DNA of 64,000 nt from Waterburya sp. (GTDB taxonomy: Bacteria; Cyanobacteriota; Cyanobacteriia; Cyanobacteriales; Xenococcaceae). The translations under genes and the position numbers were made by a program. The notes under the pieces are model-generated. The model made no database searches and was not told the DNA's origin. It saw nothing but the letters and a program-made list of their open reading frames with translations. Location of the stretch: assembly GCA_965217895.1 (NCBI GenBank), contig CBDCJV010000002.1, positions 3,808,001-3,872,000 on the forward strand, in the 5' to 3' direction. How positions within the stretch are numbered: position 1 is the stretch's first letter; each line of letters begins with the position of its first letter. Below, piece after piece: positions 33,507 to 44,339 of the stretch.

Positions 33507-34667
33507 TACTAAATCCGATTTATAAAGTATGTAAACAACAAGCGTTTTTTAGCCAATGATAGTTAGTCAATTTACGAACTTCATCTTTCATTTCACTGAC
33601 TACACAACAACGCTCAACTAAAATGTCCTCTATCTCATTAATAGTTTCAAAATATTGATTTACCAGAGGTTCATCTACTAACTGCCATAACCTTTCGGCT
33701 GGCTGTAACTCTGGAGAATAAGGAGGTAAAAAATCAATCTTTATTCCCTCTGGAATAATCGCTTTTTTGCTGTGATGCCATCCTGCATTATCTTCTATCA
33801 AAAGAATTTTTTTTGATTATTAATTCCAGCATCAATAGCAAACTGTTGATAAACCAGATTCAGCCAATTTGTATTAACTCTGGGAATTAGATACCATAAA
33901 GTTTCTCCAGTTTTTGGCTTAACGAACCCATAAACATACAACCATTCGTATCGATGTTGTACTATTGCTTCTGGTCGATGACCAACTTTTGACCAAACCT
34001 TTTTTAGTATTGGTTTTAATCCTACTCTATGCTCGTCGAAAAACCACAGTTCTACCTCCACATCTGGATTTTCTTGTTCAAGTTGCTTAAGTTTCAATGG
34101 CAAGTTACTTTTGAACATCTCTTGCTCTAATTTATTGGCTTTTTTATGTGTTGGTCTTGGACTTTGCCAAGAGTAACCGCACTTTTTTAAGTAGTCCCAT
34201 CCTCTCTGATTCCCGACTTTTTCTCTGCCCGTTTCTTTTTCAATCCAGCGAGCTACCTTAGTTCCTGTCCAGATTCCTCCGTCTGGTAACTCTTTGGCGA
34301 TCGCTTTTGTTAGTTTTTCTAATTGTGGTTGTGATAGTAACCTTTTTTTTCCTCTAACATGATTGCTGGTTTTATTTTGGCAATTTTTGACCCCTTCCTC
34401 TCCATAGAGGTTGTACCGACCGAGAATCTTTTGAGCATAAGAATAAGAACATCCCACAGCGAGCGCACTATTTTTAATCGTCCATCCCAAAGATATTTTC
34501 GCGATTCAGATGCCATCTTCTCACTTCCACTGAGTTTTGACTCTTCAGATACTTTTCTTTTAGTTCAGAAGAACTAAAATGTTTTGCTAAATAAGCTGTT
34601 TTTGGCATTTAACATTTTTAAGTTATTCCTCACTATTTTATACACACTTTGGTAATCGGATTTAGTA
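33507..34667 (-). mobile_element. IS630-family insertion sequence, transposase frameshifted
   Basis: Ends TACTAAATCCGATT / AATCGGATTTAGTA including flanking TA; WFFDEHR, DNAGWH and LPPYSPELQPAE motifs; ATG at 34608, frameshift near 34505, A-run frameshift near 33805. Confidence 0.92.
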
Positions 34668-34960
34668 TTACTCCGTCCGTTTAGGGCGGAGTAATCTGTC
34701 ACCGTTGGTCAGCGCGTTGTGAAGGGGCTGTTCCCGTACAGCGGCTTTTGAGGCGAGGAAATGCTCTCGGTTAGAGAGCATATTCCACTCGCCTGTTGAG
34801 TAAGAATACTCTTACTCAACCTCGACAGTTCCTTCAACGCTGGGAACCCGCGCAACGGACTGAGATGCGGACAAGTCCTTTCTCGCAAAACGCGCTTTAG
34901 CTTTGCTGCGGGATTTATAAGCCCCATGGTCTATGACCCATTAAAGCGACTGGCGAGGGT
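34668..34960. repeat. Cluster of palindromes and structured short repeats (families B and C)
   Basis: TTACTCCGTCC..GGGCGGAGTAA, family C copy 34752-34793, GTTGAGTAAGA..TCTTACTCAAC, family B-like copy about 34822-34863. Confidence 0.7.
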
Positions 34961-35008
34961 GAAATGACTATAGTACCTATCTCAGCCTTTGGTATTTCAT
35001 CATCAACG

Positions 35009-36352
35009 TTAAAGACTTGATTGATTGTTCCATTCCTCAGCAGCATCTTTAACTGCTTGTTCTACAGTTTTGTCTTTGAGCATTGCTGCTTGAAGGTTTT
35101 CGTAAATTGTTTTTTGTAATACTTGAATATTTTTTCTCACGGGAATCAGCACTTCTGCATCTTTAAGTTGGGCTGCACTGACCTTTTTTGCTTGTTCTAT
35201 TAAGATGGTTTTCTTTTGCTGTTCAATGTTATTTATATATTGTTCTACTCCCTCGACTGTAGAAGGAAGAGTGTTAGATGCCTGAGCAAAAGCCAACTGA
35301 TTTTTGGTATTAGTTACAAACAAAGCATATTTGAGTGCTTGTGCCGATTTATCGCTGTCGCGAGGAATGACCAAATTCATCACCGCAACACTTTTTTTGC
35401 CAGTTTCACCAGTAATTTGAGAGGTAGCTTGAGAAACTTCAGCAATGCTAGGGGCATTATTAGTAATGCTTTCAATAAATTCTGCACCAGAAGATAGCAA
35501 AGCTATTTCTCCTGCTTGATATAGCTCAATTCCGTAACGATGTCCTTGAGTTAATACTTCTGGAGGTAGTAATTTTTGTTGATATAAATCTACCCAGTAT
35601 TGAAAAGCAGCTTTTCCTGCGGGAGTGTCAAAGGCTGCTTTACCTGATTCATCAACCAAGTCTACACCCATCTTGACTAAAGACTCTAATACGTCTCCTG
35701 AATCATTAGGTACAAAACTGATAAAAAAAGCATATTTGCCCGTTTTCTCTTTAATAGTTTTGGCAGCTTCAGCTAGCTCTTGATAAGTCTGAGGCGGATT
35801 TTTAATATTTGCTGCTGTCAAAAGTTGCTGATTGTAGATAGTAATAGTAGTTGTCAAATACCAAGGAATTCCAAAAGCCAGATCTTTACATTTGTCTTGC
35901 TGACAAACTTCAATTGTGCTTGCTTGCCAAATTTTTGGTAGATAAGCTGCTTTAGCTTTAGGGGGAACTACTTCATTTAAATCTAACCAAGCATTGCGAG
36001 TTGCTAATTGTGAAGCAAATTTAGGATTTAAATTGACTAAATCTGGTGCTGTTTTAGCAGAGATAGATGTCAAAATCTTGTTTTCCATGGCAGACCAAGG
36101 AATGTCTACCCAATCTATCTTCACTGGTTTGTTTTGAGCTTCAAAAGTGGTATTTAAATCTTCAAAGTATTGAGTAAAGTTGGGCTTAAGCTGCATCGTC
36201 CAAAATTCAAGCTGCCCAGGATCTTTATTGGCACTAGGATTACAACCCCATAGCCAGCTTAACATCACTCCTGTTAATAACCATAGGCAAAATCTGGAAA
36301 TAAAAGTCGCTTTTTTCATTGTTTTGTCAACAGTAAGGCACAAAACAAACAA
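35009..36352 (-). CDS. Sugar ABC transporter substrate-binding lipoprotein
   Basis: Lipobox LWGC, FWTMQL, APDLVNLNP; true start probably at MKKAT. Confidence 0.85.
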   Translation of the reverse strand: MFVLCLTVDKTMKKATFISRFCLWLLTGVMLSWLWGCNPSANKDPGQLEFWTMQLKPNFTQYFEDLNTTFEAQNKPVKIDWVDIPWSAMENKILTSISAKTAPDLVNLNPKFASQLATRNAWLDLNEVVPPKAKAAYLPKIWQASTIEVCQQDKCKDLAFGIPWYLTTTITIYNQQLLTAANIKNPPQTYQELAEAAKTIKEKTGKYAFFISFVPNDSGDVLESLVKMGVDLVDESGKAAFDTPAGKAAFQYWVDLYQQKLLPPEVLTQGHRYGIELYQAGEIALLSSGAEFIESITNNAPSIAEVSQATSQITGETGKKSVAVMNLVIPRDSDKSAQALKYALFVTNTKNQLAFAQASNTLPSTVEGVEQYINNIEQQKKTILIEQAKKVSAAQLKDAEVLIPVRKNIQVLQKTIYENLQAAMLKDKTVEQAVKDAAEEWNNQSSL

Positions 36353-36688
36353 TATTACTTATAAGTAAAAATGGCAATATTATGTACGTATTTTTAACTA
36401 TTTACCTATATGTACTTACCCTTTTTTTCGGTACAAGCACTTATCTGTATATCTGTTTATAGCAGCTACAATGTCCAATGTGACCAGCTTATTATCGAAA
36501 ATTAATCAAATATTTCTTAACTTATACTTGGCTATTTGACAAGTCATTAATCAACGAAATAAAGATGTTAACTCGATTTTATTTTTATGGATAAATCTTA
36601 AAAATGCTTTTGCAGGACAAGCAATCAAACCAGATCTTTATAGCTGAAAATGAGGTACAAGTTTTGAAATACTACTTAGGAAAAGGGT

Positions 36689-37792
36689 ATGCTGAACACT
36701 TTAACTAATATCTTTGCCAAAAGTGGCGACAGTGTGGGAATTGAAATAAATCCTCAAAAAATTAACATTGCTCAAATAGTCAAACAAGGACAGCAATACA
36801 AATTGCTAAAAAATGTCTCAGCAGATATTCCTGAAGGAGTGTTTGAAGAAGGACAAATTGTTGATTCCTTGAGTCTATCAGAACTAATTAAAGATACTCT
36901 TAAAGCTAATAAAATTAGTGCGACAAAAGTATTTACAGCAGTGCCGATGCGAGAGGCTATTATTCGTGTTATTCCTGTTCCCGCAGAACTAGATGAAGCA
37001 GAGTTAAAAGATATGATAATGGTACATGAAGCTGGAATGTATCTTCCCTATCCGCGAGAAGAGGTAGATCTAGATTATGCTAAACTCGGCTACTTTATGG
37101 ATGAAGACGGTATCGAAAAAGTTAATGTTTTATTGGTAGCAACTAAGAAAGAAGTAACCGATCTTTATACTGAAGTTTTTGAGCAAGCAGGACTAAAGTT
37201 AAGCGTTTTAGAAATTAATAGTTTTGCTTTAATTAGAACTATTAGAGAACAGCTAAGACAGTTCGGCTCAAAAGAAGCTGTGGTATTAGTAGATTTAGAG
37301 TTTGACAGTACTGAAATTGCAATCATAGTTGAAGGAGTACCTCAGTTTTCGAGAACTGTGCCTATTGGTACTTATCAGATGCGCGCAGCATTCTCTCAAG
37401 CTATGAACTTACCTGCTACAGGTTCAGCAGAAATGCTCTATGACATCGATCTATTGAACGGTATGGGAGATTCAACTGACGTAGATTCATCGCAAATTGA
37501 GTCAGGAAAAGCAGCGTTGCTTAAAATTTTTGGAGAATTAACTGATGAATTAAGTCGCTCAATTAACTTTTATATTAATCAAAGCGAAGACCTAGAAATA
37601 GCTCAGTTACTGTTATCTGGTCCAGGAGCAGGTATTGGTCAAGTGGATGAGTTTTTTACCCAAAAACTAAATCTACCCACCATGAAAGTCGATCCCATTG
37701 CAACTTTGGGACTCGATTTAAATCAAGATATTGCATCAGATCGTCGCCCAGGTTTGGGAATTGTCTTAGGACTAGGAATGCGGGATCTTTAA
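36689..37792 (+). CDS. pilM: Type IV pilus assembly protein PilM
   Basis: VGIEI, YLPYP and LGLGMR motifs; first gene of the cluster. Confidence 0.93.
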   Translation: MLNTLTNIFAKSGDSVGIEINPQKINIAQIVKQGQQYKLLKNVSADIPEGVFEEGQIVDSLSLSELIKDTLKANKISATKVFTAVPMREAIIRVIPVPAELDEAELKDMIMVHEAGMYLPYPREEVDLDYAKLGYFMDEDGIEKVNVLLVATKKEVTDLYTEVFEQAGLKLSVLEINSFALIRTIREQLRQFGSKEAVVLVDLEFDSTEIAIIVEGVPQFSRTVPIGTYQMRAAFSQAMNLPATGSAEMLYDIDLLNGMGDSTDVDSSQIESGKAALLKIFGELTDELSRSINFYINQSEDLEIAQLLLSGPGAGIGQVDEFFTQKLNLPTMKVDPIATLGLDLNQDIASDRRPGLGIVLGLGMRDL

Positions 37793-37880
37793 GTTTGCTT
37801 AAAGATTATTTATTTGGTGTTTATTAAGCCAAATAACGATCATTTAATGTATTGATTATTATTGAAATTAGCTCAGCTTT

Positions 37881-38702
37881 ATGTATAACTTAGATATTAA
37901 TTTTCTTAGAGATAGAGGAGGAGAACAATCTACTGACGTTAGCGGTAGTATTGCTCAAAATAAAGAACCCTCCATTGCTGATAAAATTCCGATCGCTGCG
38001 GGGATAATCGTGGCACTGGTAGCACCAGCAATTACCTTTGGCTATTTGCAAAGTGTTAAAGCGCAAACCGCTACCGCAGAAGCAGAAGTCACCCAAATTG
38101 AAAGCGAGATTGCCGATCTGGGCAACCAGAACAAAAAAATTGAGGCAGCAAACGCTGAAATTCAGCAGACACAGCAGGAAACTGCTGCTTTGGTCGGTGT
38201 ATTTGAGAAAATCAGACCTTGGGCAGCGATTATGCAGGAAATTAGCGATCGCACTCCCCCTGGAGTTCAGGTAGATTCAATTCAGCAAACTAGTTCTGCT
38301 CCAGTTGCTCCACCTCCACCAACTGAAACAAAAGAAGGAGAAGCGGCGACTCCACCACCTGCACCTAGTCAATCAATAGGGGTTAATTTAGCAGGGGTAG
38401 CACGTTCTTATGATGATGTGAATGACTTTGTTTTATTCTTACAGCGATCGCCATTTTTTGATAGCAAACAAGTCAAATTAAATGGTGCTAGCACCGCAAG
38501 TTTTCCAGTGGAAGTAGAAAACCGAGAAGATTTGCCAGACAACGCTTCTTTGGAAATTCCCGAAGGAGTTAAGTACACAATTTCGGCACAGCTAAATAAC
38601 GTTCCTTCCTCCCAATTAATTGGGGAGATAGCCAAAAAAGGTTCGGTTGGGTTAGTAACCAGACTAAAAACATTAGAACGTAAAGGAGCGGTATTAAAAT
38701 GA
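37881..38702 (+). CDS. pilN: Type IV pilus assembly protein PilN
   Basis: INFL N-terminus, TM helix, coiled coil; position in cluster. Confidence 0.9.
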   Translation: MYNLDINFLRDRGGEQSTDVSGSIAQNKEPSIADKIPIAAGIIVALVAPAITFGYLQSVKAQTATAEAEVTQIESEIADLGNQNKKIEAANAEIQQTQQETAALVGVFEKIRPWAAIMQEISDRTPPGVQVDSIQQTSSAPVAPPPPTETKEGEAATPPPAPSQSIGVNLAGVARSYDDVNDFVLFLQRSPFFDSKQVKLNGASTASFPVEVENREDLPDNASLEIPEGVKYTISAQLNNVPSSQLIGEIAKKGSVGLVTRLKTLERKGAVLK

Positions 38703-39523
38703 CCTTTGCTGATGATTTCGCGACGGAAAAAGGCGTAGCCGAAGATTATCCCGTTGCCTTTGGAATTACCTTTACACCGACGATTACGGGAATTGCGATC
38801 GCCGTTGCAGGGATCGCTCTAGCTGCCTATGGCTATATTAATTTTGTTAATCCTGCTCAAGCAAAGTATAAAGAGGTATCAACCAAAAAAGTTGAGCTTC
38901 AAGGACAGTTAGAGAAAATCAAGACAGGAGATTTGCAGTTAAAACTGGCCGAATTAGAAGCAGACTTAGCTGACCAGAAAGTAGTAAAAGCTCGTGTTCT
39001 AGCGATGTTTACTAGCGAGGATGATCTTGAAACACTGCTAATTGACTTAAATAATTTTGTTGCTTCCAATCAAGGGACTCTAATTGATTATCAACCTGAA
39101 GGGGAGATTACTACAGTTGATGATGCTTCCTTGGGTGCTGAAGTACAGGGAAAACTGAAGCATAAAAGTATTGCTTTAAGTATTAAGGGAACTTTTACCG
39201 AAACTAAACAAATTTTGCAGGATCTAGAACGATTGCAGCCTTTATTAATGGTACAAACCATTAGTTCAACCGTTGAGGATAAACCCACAGCAATTTTAAC
39301 TAGTAGTAGAAGCGAGATTGTTCCTAAAGAACAAGCACAGTTAAAAACTCAAATCAAGCTAGATGCTATTTTGCCTCCGAGCCAGCAAGAGCTAGAACAA
39401 GCTAAACAAACCGACGAGGAAGCAGAGCTTACTGCCAGAGAAAAACGTCAAATTAGACGGGAAAATAGGAAAAATAAAGATAGTAGCAATAGTCAGTCAG
39501 AAGCTGATGCTACTAAGAAATAA
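38699..39523 (+). CDS. pilO: Type IV pilus assembly protein PilO
   Basis: YPVAFGITFTP, TM helix, LERLQPLL; overlaps the pilN stop. Confidence 0.85.
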   Translation: MTFADDFATEKGVAEDYPVAFGITFTPTITGIAIAVAGIALAAYGYINFVNPAQAKYKEVSTKKVELQGQLEKIKTGDLQLKLAELEADLADQKVVKARVLAMFTSEDDLETLLIDLNNFVASNQGTLIDYQPEGEITTVDDASLGAEVQGKLKHKSIALSIKGTFTETKQILQDLERLQPLLMVQTISSTVEDKPTAILTSSRSEIVPKEQAQLKTQIKLDAILPPSQQELEQAKQTDEEAELTAREKRQIRRENRKNKDSSNSQSEADATKK

Positions 39524-39652
39524 GGCGTTGCTGATTTGAAGTATGAAACCGAAAGGTAATTTGTTCGTAGCTATTAGCTATTAGCTATTAGCTTTTTAAA
39601 TGCTAGTTATCAAGTCAAAAAATTTAAAATCATACCTTGATTCAGCAACGCC
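39524..39652. mobile_element. 129-bp MITE with 8-bp target duplication
   Basis: TIRs GGCGTTGCTGA / TCAGCAACGCC; AGAAATAA at both 39516-39523 and 39653-39660; internal TAGCTAT heptamers. Confidence 0.88.
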
Positions 39653-39697
39653 AGAAATAAGAGTTCTGCCAAAAATATATTTACTAATAGTTACTAA

Positions 39698-42244
39698 TTG
39701 TATAGGTTGAGGATTAAGAGAGTGAAAAACTATTGCGATCGCCTGGGATTTTTGACAGCATTAACCGTTATGCTAATGGCTGCACCATCTAATGCTGCGG
39801 AGCGAAATATTACCGATATTGAAATTGATAAAGATAATAATCAACTAGAACTAAAACTATCGGCAGCTAACAAAGCTGATGCTGGTGCTTCTTTTTTCAC
39901 GCTGCGTAAAGATAATCTTATTGAAGCAAATCTACTCAACACACATTTAGATTTGCCCCAAGGAAAATCATTTAAACAAGATAATCCGCTTACAGGCATT
40001 AAATCAATAGATGTTCATCAGGTTGACCAAGAACATACTCAGATTTTGATCTCTACCGAGCCAGATATGCCGATTGAGCATTTACTAGAGCAACAGGGAG
40101 ATAATTTAGTTCTTAGCCTCAACCGCGTTACTAAAGCTCAATCTTTTCAAAGAGAGCTATCTCAATTTGGCGATAAGACAGTTAAACAGATTAAGGAAAC
40201 CTATAAATCTGCATTAGGTCAGAAAAAAACGAAAGACAATAAAAAATCTACTCTAGTCGCTCAAACAAATGACTTAAAAAAACCTGATGTTTTAATTCCC
40301 AATCCTGAAATCGATATTGAGGATAATGGTTCTAATAATACCAAAGAACGGGTATATAAAGCTCAGGATGATTCTAGTTCCGCAGCCGATGCAACCCTTC
40401 CCAGAGCCGTTGCTCCTCCCGTGGGCGATATGGCAGTTTCTAATATCAATACCATGCCAGACATGGTAGATTTAGGCTCAGCAGCCTTAGTTCCTCGCTT
40501 AGTGTTGCGGGATGCTCCAGTCAGAGAAGTACTGTCTCTCCTGGCTAAATCTGCCAACTTAAGCCTAGTATTTGCTGACAGTAAGGCACAAGGCGATCAA
40601 GCAAATCAAGGTGGTAATGGCGAAGAAACAGGTCCAAAAATTTCTTTAGATTTAGAAAATCAGCCCGTACAGGAAGTATTTAATTCAGTTTTAGTAGTTT
40701 CTGGTTTAGATGCCAACCGTCGAGGAAATATTATTTATGTCGGTGAACAACTACCCGCTTCAGCTCGTAACCTAGTTAGTCGTACTATTCGTTTAAATCA
40801 GGTTAAAGCTGAAAACGCAGCTTTGTATTTAGCAAGTCAGGGTGCAACGGGCAAAAGATTAACCACCAATGTAGAAGAAATTATCGATCCTGAAACTGGT
40901 AAAGTCGTTCAAAGAAAAGAAACAAGTCCAACATTAAGTGACTTAGATGGTGGTAGCCAAGACGATGCTGGTTCTAAAGCTTTAATGCTTAAAGGTCTAC
41001 AGGTTTCAACTGATGGCAGACTAAACGCCATCACTCTTGTAGGTGAACCTCGTAAAGTAGAGGTTGCTTCAACTTTTCTAACTCAGCTAGATGCTCGTCG
41101 TCGCCAAGTATCGGTCAACGTGAAAGTAATTGATGTGAACTTGCTTAATCAAGACGTTGCCAATAGTAGTTTTTCCTTTGGTATAAATGATAGCTTTTTT
41201 GTTAATGACAACGGTTCTGCATCTCTAAGATTTGGCGATAGGACACCACCAACATCTACTGACTTAAATAGTGCTATAGGCAGAGCCTCTAGTCCCCCTG
41301 TAATAGCTAATCCTTATGCTAATGCCAATACATTTTTAGATCTCAATAACACTTTTACTGTTCCAGGCACTACTCCTGGTACGATTAATAACAATACTGG
41401 AGAGATTATACCAAGAGGAGATGGGCTATTTTACAATCGAGTACCTGGAATTAGTACAGATCCATTTACCCCTGGTATTACCGATATAACCAAGGCTACC
41501 TTTAATGCAATTACAAGAGATCCAACTACTGGCGCAGTTACTTTTACTCAAGGACAAGATGGTACAGCTACTTCCGCACTACCCAGCTTTCTTCGATATC
41601 CTGATAGATTTCTTTCTTTATTAGAAGCTCGTGTAACTAGTGGTAATGCAAAAGTTTTAACCGATCCAACTTTAACAGTACAGGAAGGACAGCAAGCAAC
41701 TGTTCGATTAGTACAGAAGATTGTTGAGAGTGTTAAAACTGAGATTGATGGACAATCGGGAACAAGAACTGTCACTCCACAAATAGGAGAGGCTGGATTG
41801 GTACTAACTGTAAATGTAGAAGGGATTGACGATAATGGCTTTGTTTCGATGTCCGTCAGTCCTTCCGTTAGCTCTGTTGGTGCAACGCAAGCGTTTGATA
41901 GTGGAAATGGTGCAACTAATACACTTAACCTATTAAGTACGCGACAAGTAAGTTCTGGTTTGGTACGGATGCGGGATGGTCAAACTTTAATTTTGTCAGG
42001 GATTATTCAAGACCAAGAAAGAACTACTGTTTCTAAAGTGCCTATTTTAGGAGATATTCCTTTACTTGGTGCCTTGTTTAGAAGTACCGACAAGACCAAT
42101 GAACGAGCAGAAGTAATAGTTTTGTTAACTCCTAAGATCGTGGATGAGGATGCAGGGCTTGCCAGCAACTTTATGCCTAGTAAAGAAAGCCGTGAACTCC
42201 TTGAGAAATCTGGGGTTGACCCACTTGGAGAACCAGGTAAGTAG
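39698..42244 (+). CDS. pilQ: Type IV pilus secretin PilQ
   Basis: PRAVAPPVGD and KVPILGDIPLLGALF secretin motifs; start may be GTG 39722. Confidence 0.93.
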   Translation: MYRLRIKRVKNYCDRLGFLTALTVMLMAAPSNAAERNITDIEIDKDNNQLELKLSAANKADAGASFFTLRKDNLIEANLLNTHLDLPQGKSFKQDNPLTGIKSIDVHQVDQEHTQILISTEPDMPIEHLLEQQGDNLVLSLNRVTKAQSFQRELSQFGDKTVKQIKETYKSALGQKKTKDNKKSTLVAQTNDLKKPDVLIPNPEIDIEDNGSNNTKERVYKAQDDSSSAADATLPRAVAPPVGDMAVSNINTMPDMVDLGSAALVPRLVLRDAPVREVLSLLAKSANLSLVFADSKAQGDQANQGGNGEETGPKISLDLENQPVQEVFNSVLVVSGLDANRRGNIIYVGEQLPASARNLVSRTIRLNQVKAENAALYLASQGATGKRLTTNVEEIIDPETGKVVQRKETSPTLSDLDGGSQDDAGSKALMLKGLQVSTDGRLNAITLVGEPRKVEVASTFLTQLDARRRQVSVNVKVIDVNLLNQDVANSSFSFGINDSFFVNDNGSASLRFGDRTPPTSTDLNSAIGRASSPPVIANPYANANTFLDLNNTFTVPGTTPGTINNNTGEIIPRGDGLFYNRVPGISTDPFTPGITDITKATFNAITRDPTTGAVTFTQGQDGTATSALPSFLRYPDRFLSLLEARVTSGNAKVLTDPTLTVQEGQQATVRLVQKIVESVKTEIDGQSGTRTVTPQIGEAGLVLTVNVEGIDDNGFVSMSVSPSVSSVGATQAFDSGNGATNTLNLLSTRQVSSGLVRMRDGQTLILSGIIQDQERTTVSKVPILGDIPLLGALFRSTDKTNERAEVIVLLTPKIVDEDAGLASNFMPSKESRELLEKSGVDPLGEPGK

Positions 42245-42447
42245 CCTGTTTTTGAACTCAATTTAGGTGGTCGAAATCTGAAAAATTGTTGAAATCTATG
42301 TTAAATAACGCTTTCAACGATCCATATTTGTCTCGTAGAGCTTAGAATAAGGCAGTGAAAAAACTGTAGCCTATGAAATGTGGTGAGTTTAATAACTCAG
42401 ATGCTATAAATTAGGCTGGTGAACTGTACTCCGTCTGATAAAGAGGA

Positions 42448-42754
42448 TATCTGAAAAGTAATATTGGTTAAATTTCTAATGGTTTTTGCCCCCCTTGCCC
42501 CCCAACTCGCGCGTTCCTTGGCTGCTGAAACAGCAGCAGGGTCGCTCGTTAATTCTGGGGGGAAAAGATTTTAAAGTCCCAGCCCCCTCTAATCTCCCCC
42601 AAACTTGGGGGAGACTAATCGTTCCCTCCCCAATTCTGGGGAGGGGTAGGGAGGGGCAGGGGATTTAGGGTGGGTGGAAATGCTTCTGGCTAAGAAGCTT
42701 ATTCCACACCCACCCGAAGGGGGCTTTTATCTAACTAATTAGGCTTCTCAGATA
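42448..42754. repeat. MITE-like composite of G/C-rich palindromes with family A-related and family C insertions
   Basis: TATCTGAAAAG...CTTCTCAGATA ends; internal scaffold shared with 56801-57108. Confidence 0.65.
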
Positions 42755-42879
42755 ACCTTTTCAAACGACAGGACTTATGTTCACTTTATGTAGATTCATT
42801 TTCTAACTATTAAGTTCTCAGATACCGAGAACTACATGACACACAAACCACAAATTCATATAAGAAGGAGACCACTAAA

Positions 42880-43164
42880 ATGAATAAAGGTGAACTAGTC
42901 GATCGCATTTCTCAAAAAGCAACTGTAACAAAAAAACAAGCTGACGCTGTATTGTCCGCAGCCGTCGAAACTATCATGGAAGCTGTATCCGATGGTGATA
43001 AAGTAACCCTAGTTGGTTTTGGTTCTTTTGAGCGTCGCGATCGCAAGGAAAGAGAAGGACGTAACCCCAAAACTGGAGAAAAAATGTCCATTCCTGCCAC
43101 TAAAGTTCCTGCTTTTTCGGCTGGTAAGCTATTCAAAGAAAAAGTAGCCCCTGCTAAAAAGTAG
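42880..43164 (+). CDS. hup: DNA-binding protein HU
   Basis: MNKGELV, LVGFGSF and GRNPKTGE motifs. Confidence 0.97.
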   Translation: MNKGELVDRISQKATVTKKQADAVLSAAVETIMEAVSDGDKVTLVGFGSFERRDRKEREGRNPKTGEKMSIPATKVPAFSAGKLFKEKVAPAKK

Positions 43165-43186
43165 TTTTTAAGATAGTTAATTTATC

Positions 43187-44293
43187 TTGAACAGACCACA
43201 ACACGGTGGAAATTTGAATTGGGCAGCCAGCATTGCTGGTTGTCCAGTTTCTGCTTTAACGGATTTTTCCGCCAGCATTAACCCCCTGGGAACTCCCCCC
43301 AGTGCGATCGCTGCCATAGTTAATAGTACCAGTCAGTTAAATGCCTATCCCGACCCTGAATATCCCGAATTGCGATCGCATTTAGCCAAACATCATCAGA
43401 TTGACCCTAAATTTATCCTGCCTGGTAACGGTTCGGCAGAGTTATTGACCTGGGCAGGCAGAGAATTAGCGCAACAAAATGTTACATATTTAATTACCCC
43501 TGCCTTTAGCGACTATGCCAGGGCTTTAAATGCTTTTGACGGCAAAATATTACCCTGTCCTTTGCCCTTCTGTAAGGGCGAACGGCCGTTCGCCCCTACG
43601 CTAATTGGTAAGGGCGTTTCGCGAATCGCCCCGACGATACCTATACCGTTGCCACCCCATCCCCAATCTGGACTTTTGCTCAACAATCCTCACAATCCAA
43701 CGGGCAAATTATGGACGAGAGAGGAGATCTTGCCTTATCTTGAGCAATTTAGCCTAGTGGTGATTGATGAAGCCTTTATGGACTTTTTAACGCCCTCTCA
43801 GGAGCAAAGCTCAATTCCTCTAATTGAGGATTATCCCAATCTGGTTATTTTGCGTTCCTTAACTAAATTTTACTGTCTGCCTGGGTTAAGAATCGGCTAT
43901 GCGATCGCTCATCCAGCCAGACTAAAGAAATGGCAAAAGTGGCGCGATCCTTGGTCAGTCAATACCTTAGCAGCAGCAGCAACCGCAGCAGCACTACAAG
44001 ACAGAGAGTTTCAACAACAGACTTGGGATTGGTTAGAACCAGCGCGATCGCAATTATTTGAGCAGTTAGAAGCCATACCAGGAATCCAGCCTTTAGCCAG
44101 CGCGGTTAATTATCTGCTGGTTAAAACAGAGATGTCGGCAACACAATTACAGCAGAAGTTGCTAGTTAATTATCAAATTGTAATTCGAGACTGTATCAGC
44201 TTTCCTGAATTGGGCGATCGCTATTTTCGCATTGCGGTACGTTTACCCGCAGAAAACGATCGTTTGGCAGAAGCTATAGCTGCTATGGTTTAA
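43187..44293 (+). CDS. cobD: Threonine-phosphate decarboxylase (cobalamin pathway)
   Basis: HGGN, DFSASINPLG, NPHNPTG, DEAFMDF and SLTKFY motifs. Confidence 0.88.
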   Translation: MNRPQHGGNLNWAASIAGCPVSALTDFSASINPLGTPPSAIAAIVNSTSQLNAYPDPEYPELRSHLAKHHQIDPKFILPGNGSAELLTWAGRELAQQNVTYLITPAFSDYARALNAFDGKILPCPLPFCKGERPFAPTLIGKGVSRIAPTIPIPLPPHPQSGLLLNNPHNPTGKLWTREEILPYLEQFSLVVIDEAFMDFLTPSQEQSSIPLIEDYPNLVILRSLTKFYCLPGLRIGYAIAHPARLKKWQKWRDPWSVNTLAAAATAAALQDREFQQQTWDWLEPARSQLFEQLEAIPGIQPLASAVNYLLVKTEMSATQLQQKLLVNYQIVIRDCISFPELGDRYFRIAVRLPAENDRLAEAIAAMV

Positions 44294-44339
44294 TTTGGGT
44301 CATGATTTTTGGCTTCCGATTCTTGTAAGGGCGATTCTT

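Noticed and set aside
34710..34793. Group II intron domain V/VI-like tandem hairpins
   Set aside because: The domain VI-like hairpin is a family C repeat found at four other sites; there is no GNRA-capped domain V, no AY end and no RT ORF.
39568..39594. Short tandem repeats (TAGCTAT; also near 3654-3690, 11535-11560, 46766-46800, 57113-57135)
   Set aside because: Ordinary STRR-type repeats common in cyanobacteria.
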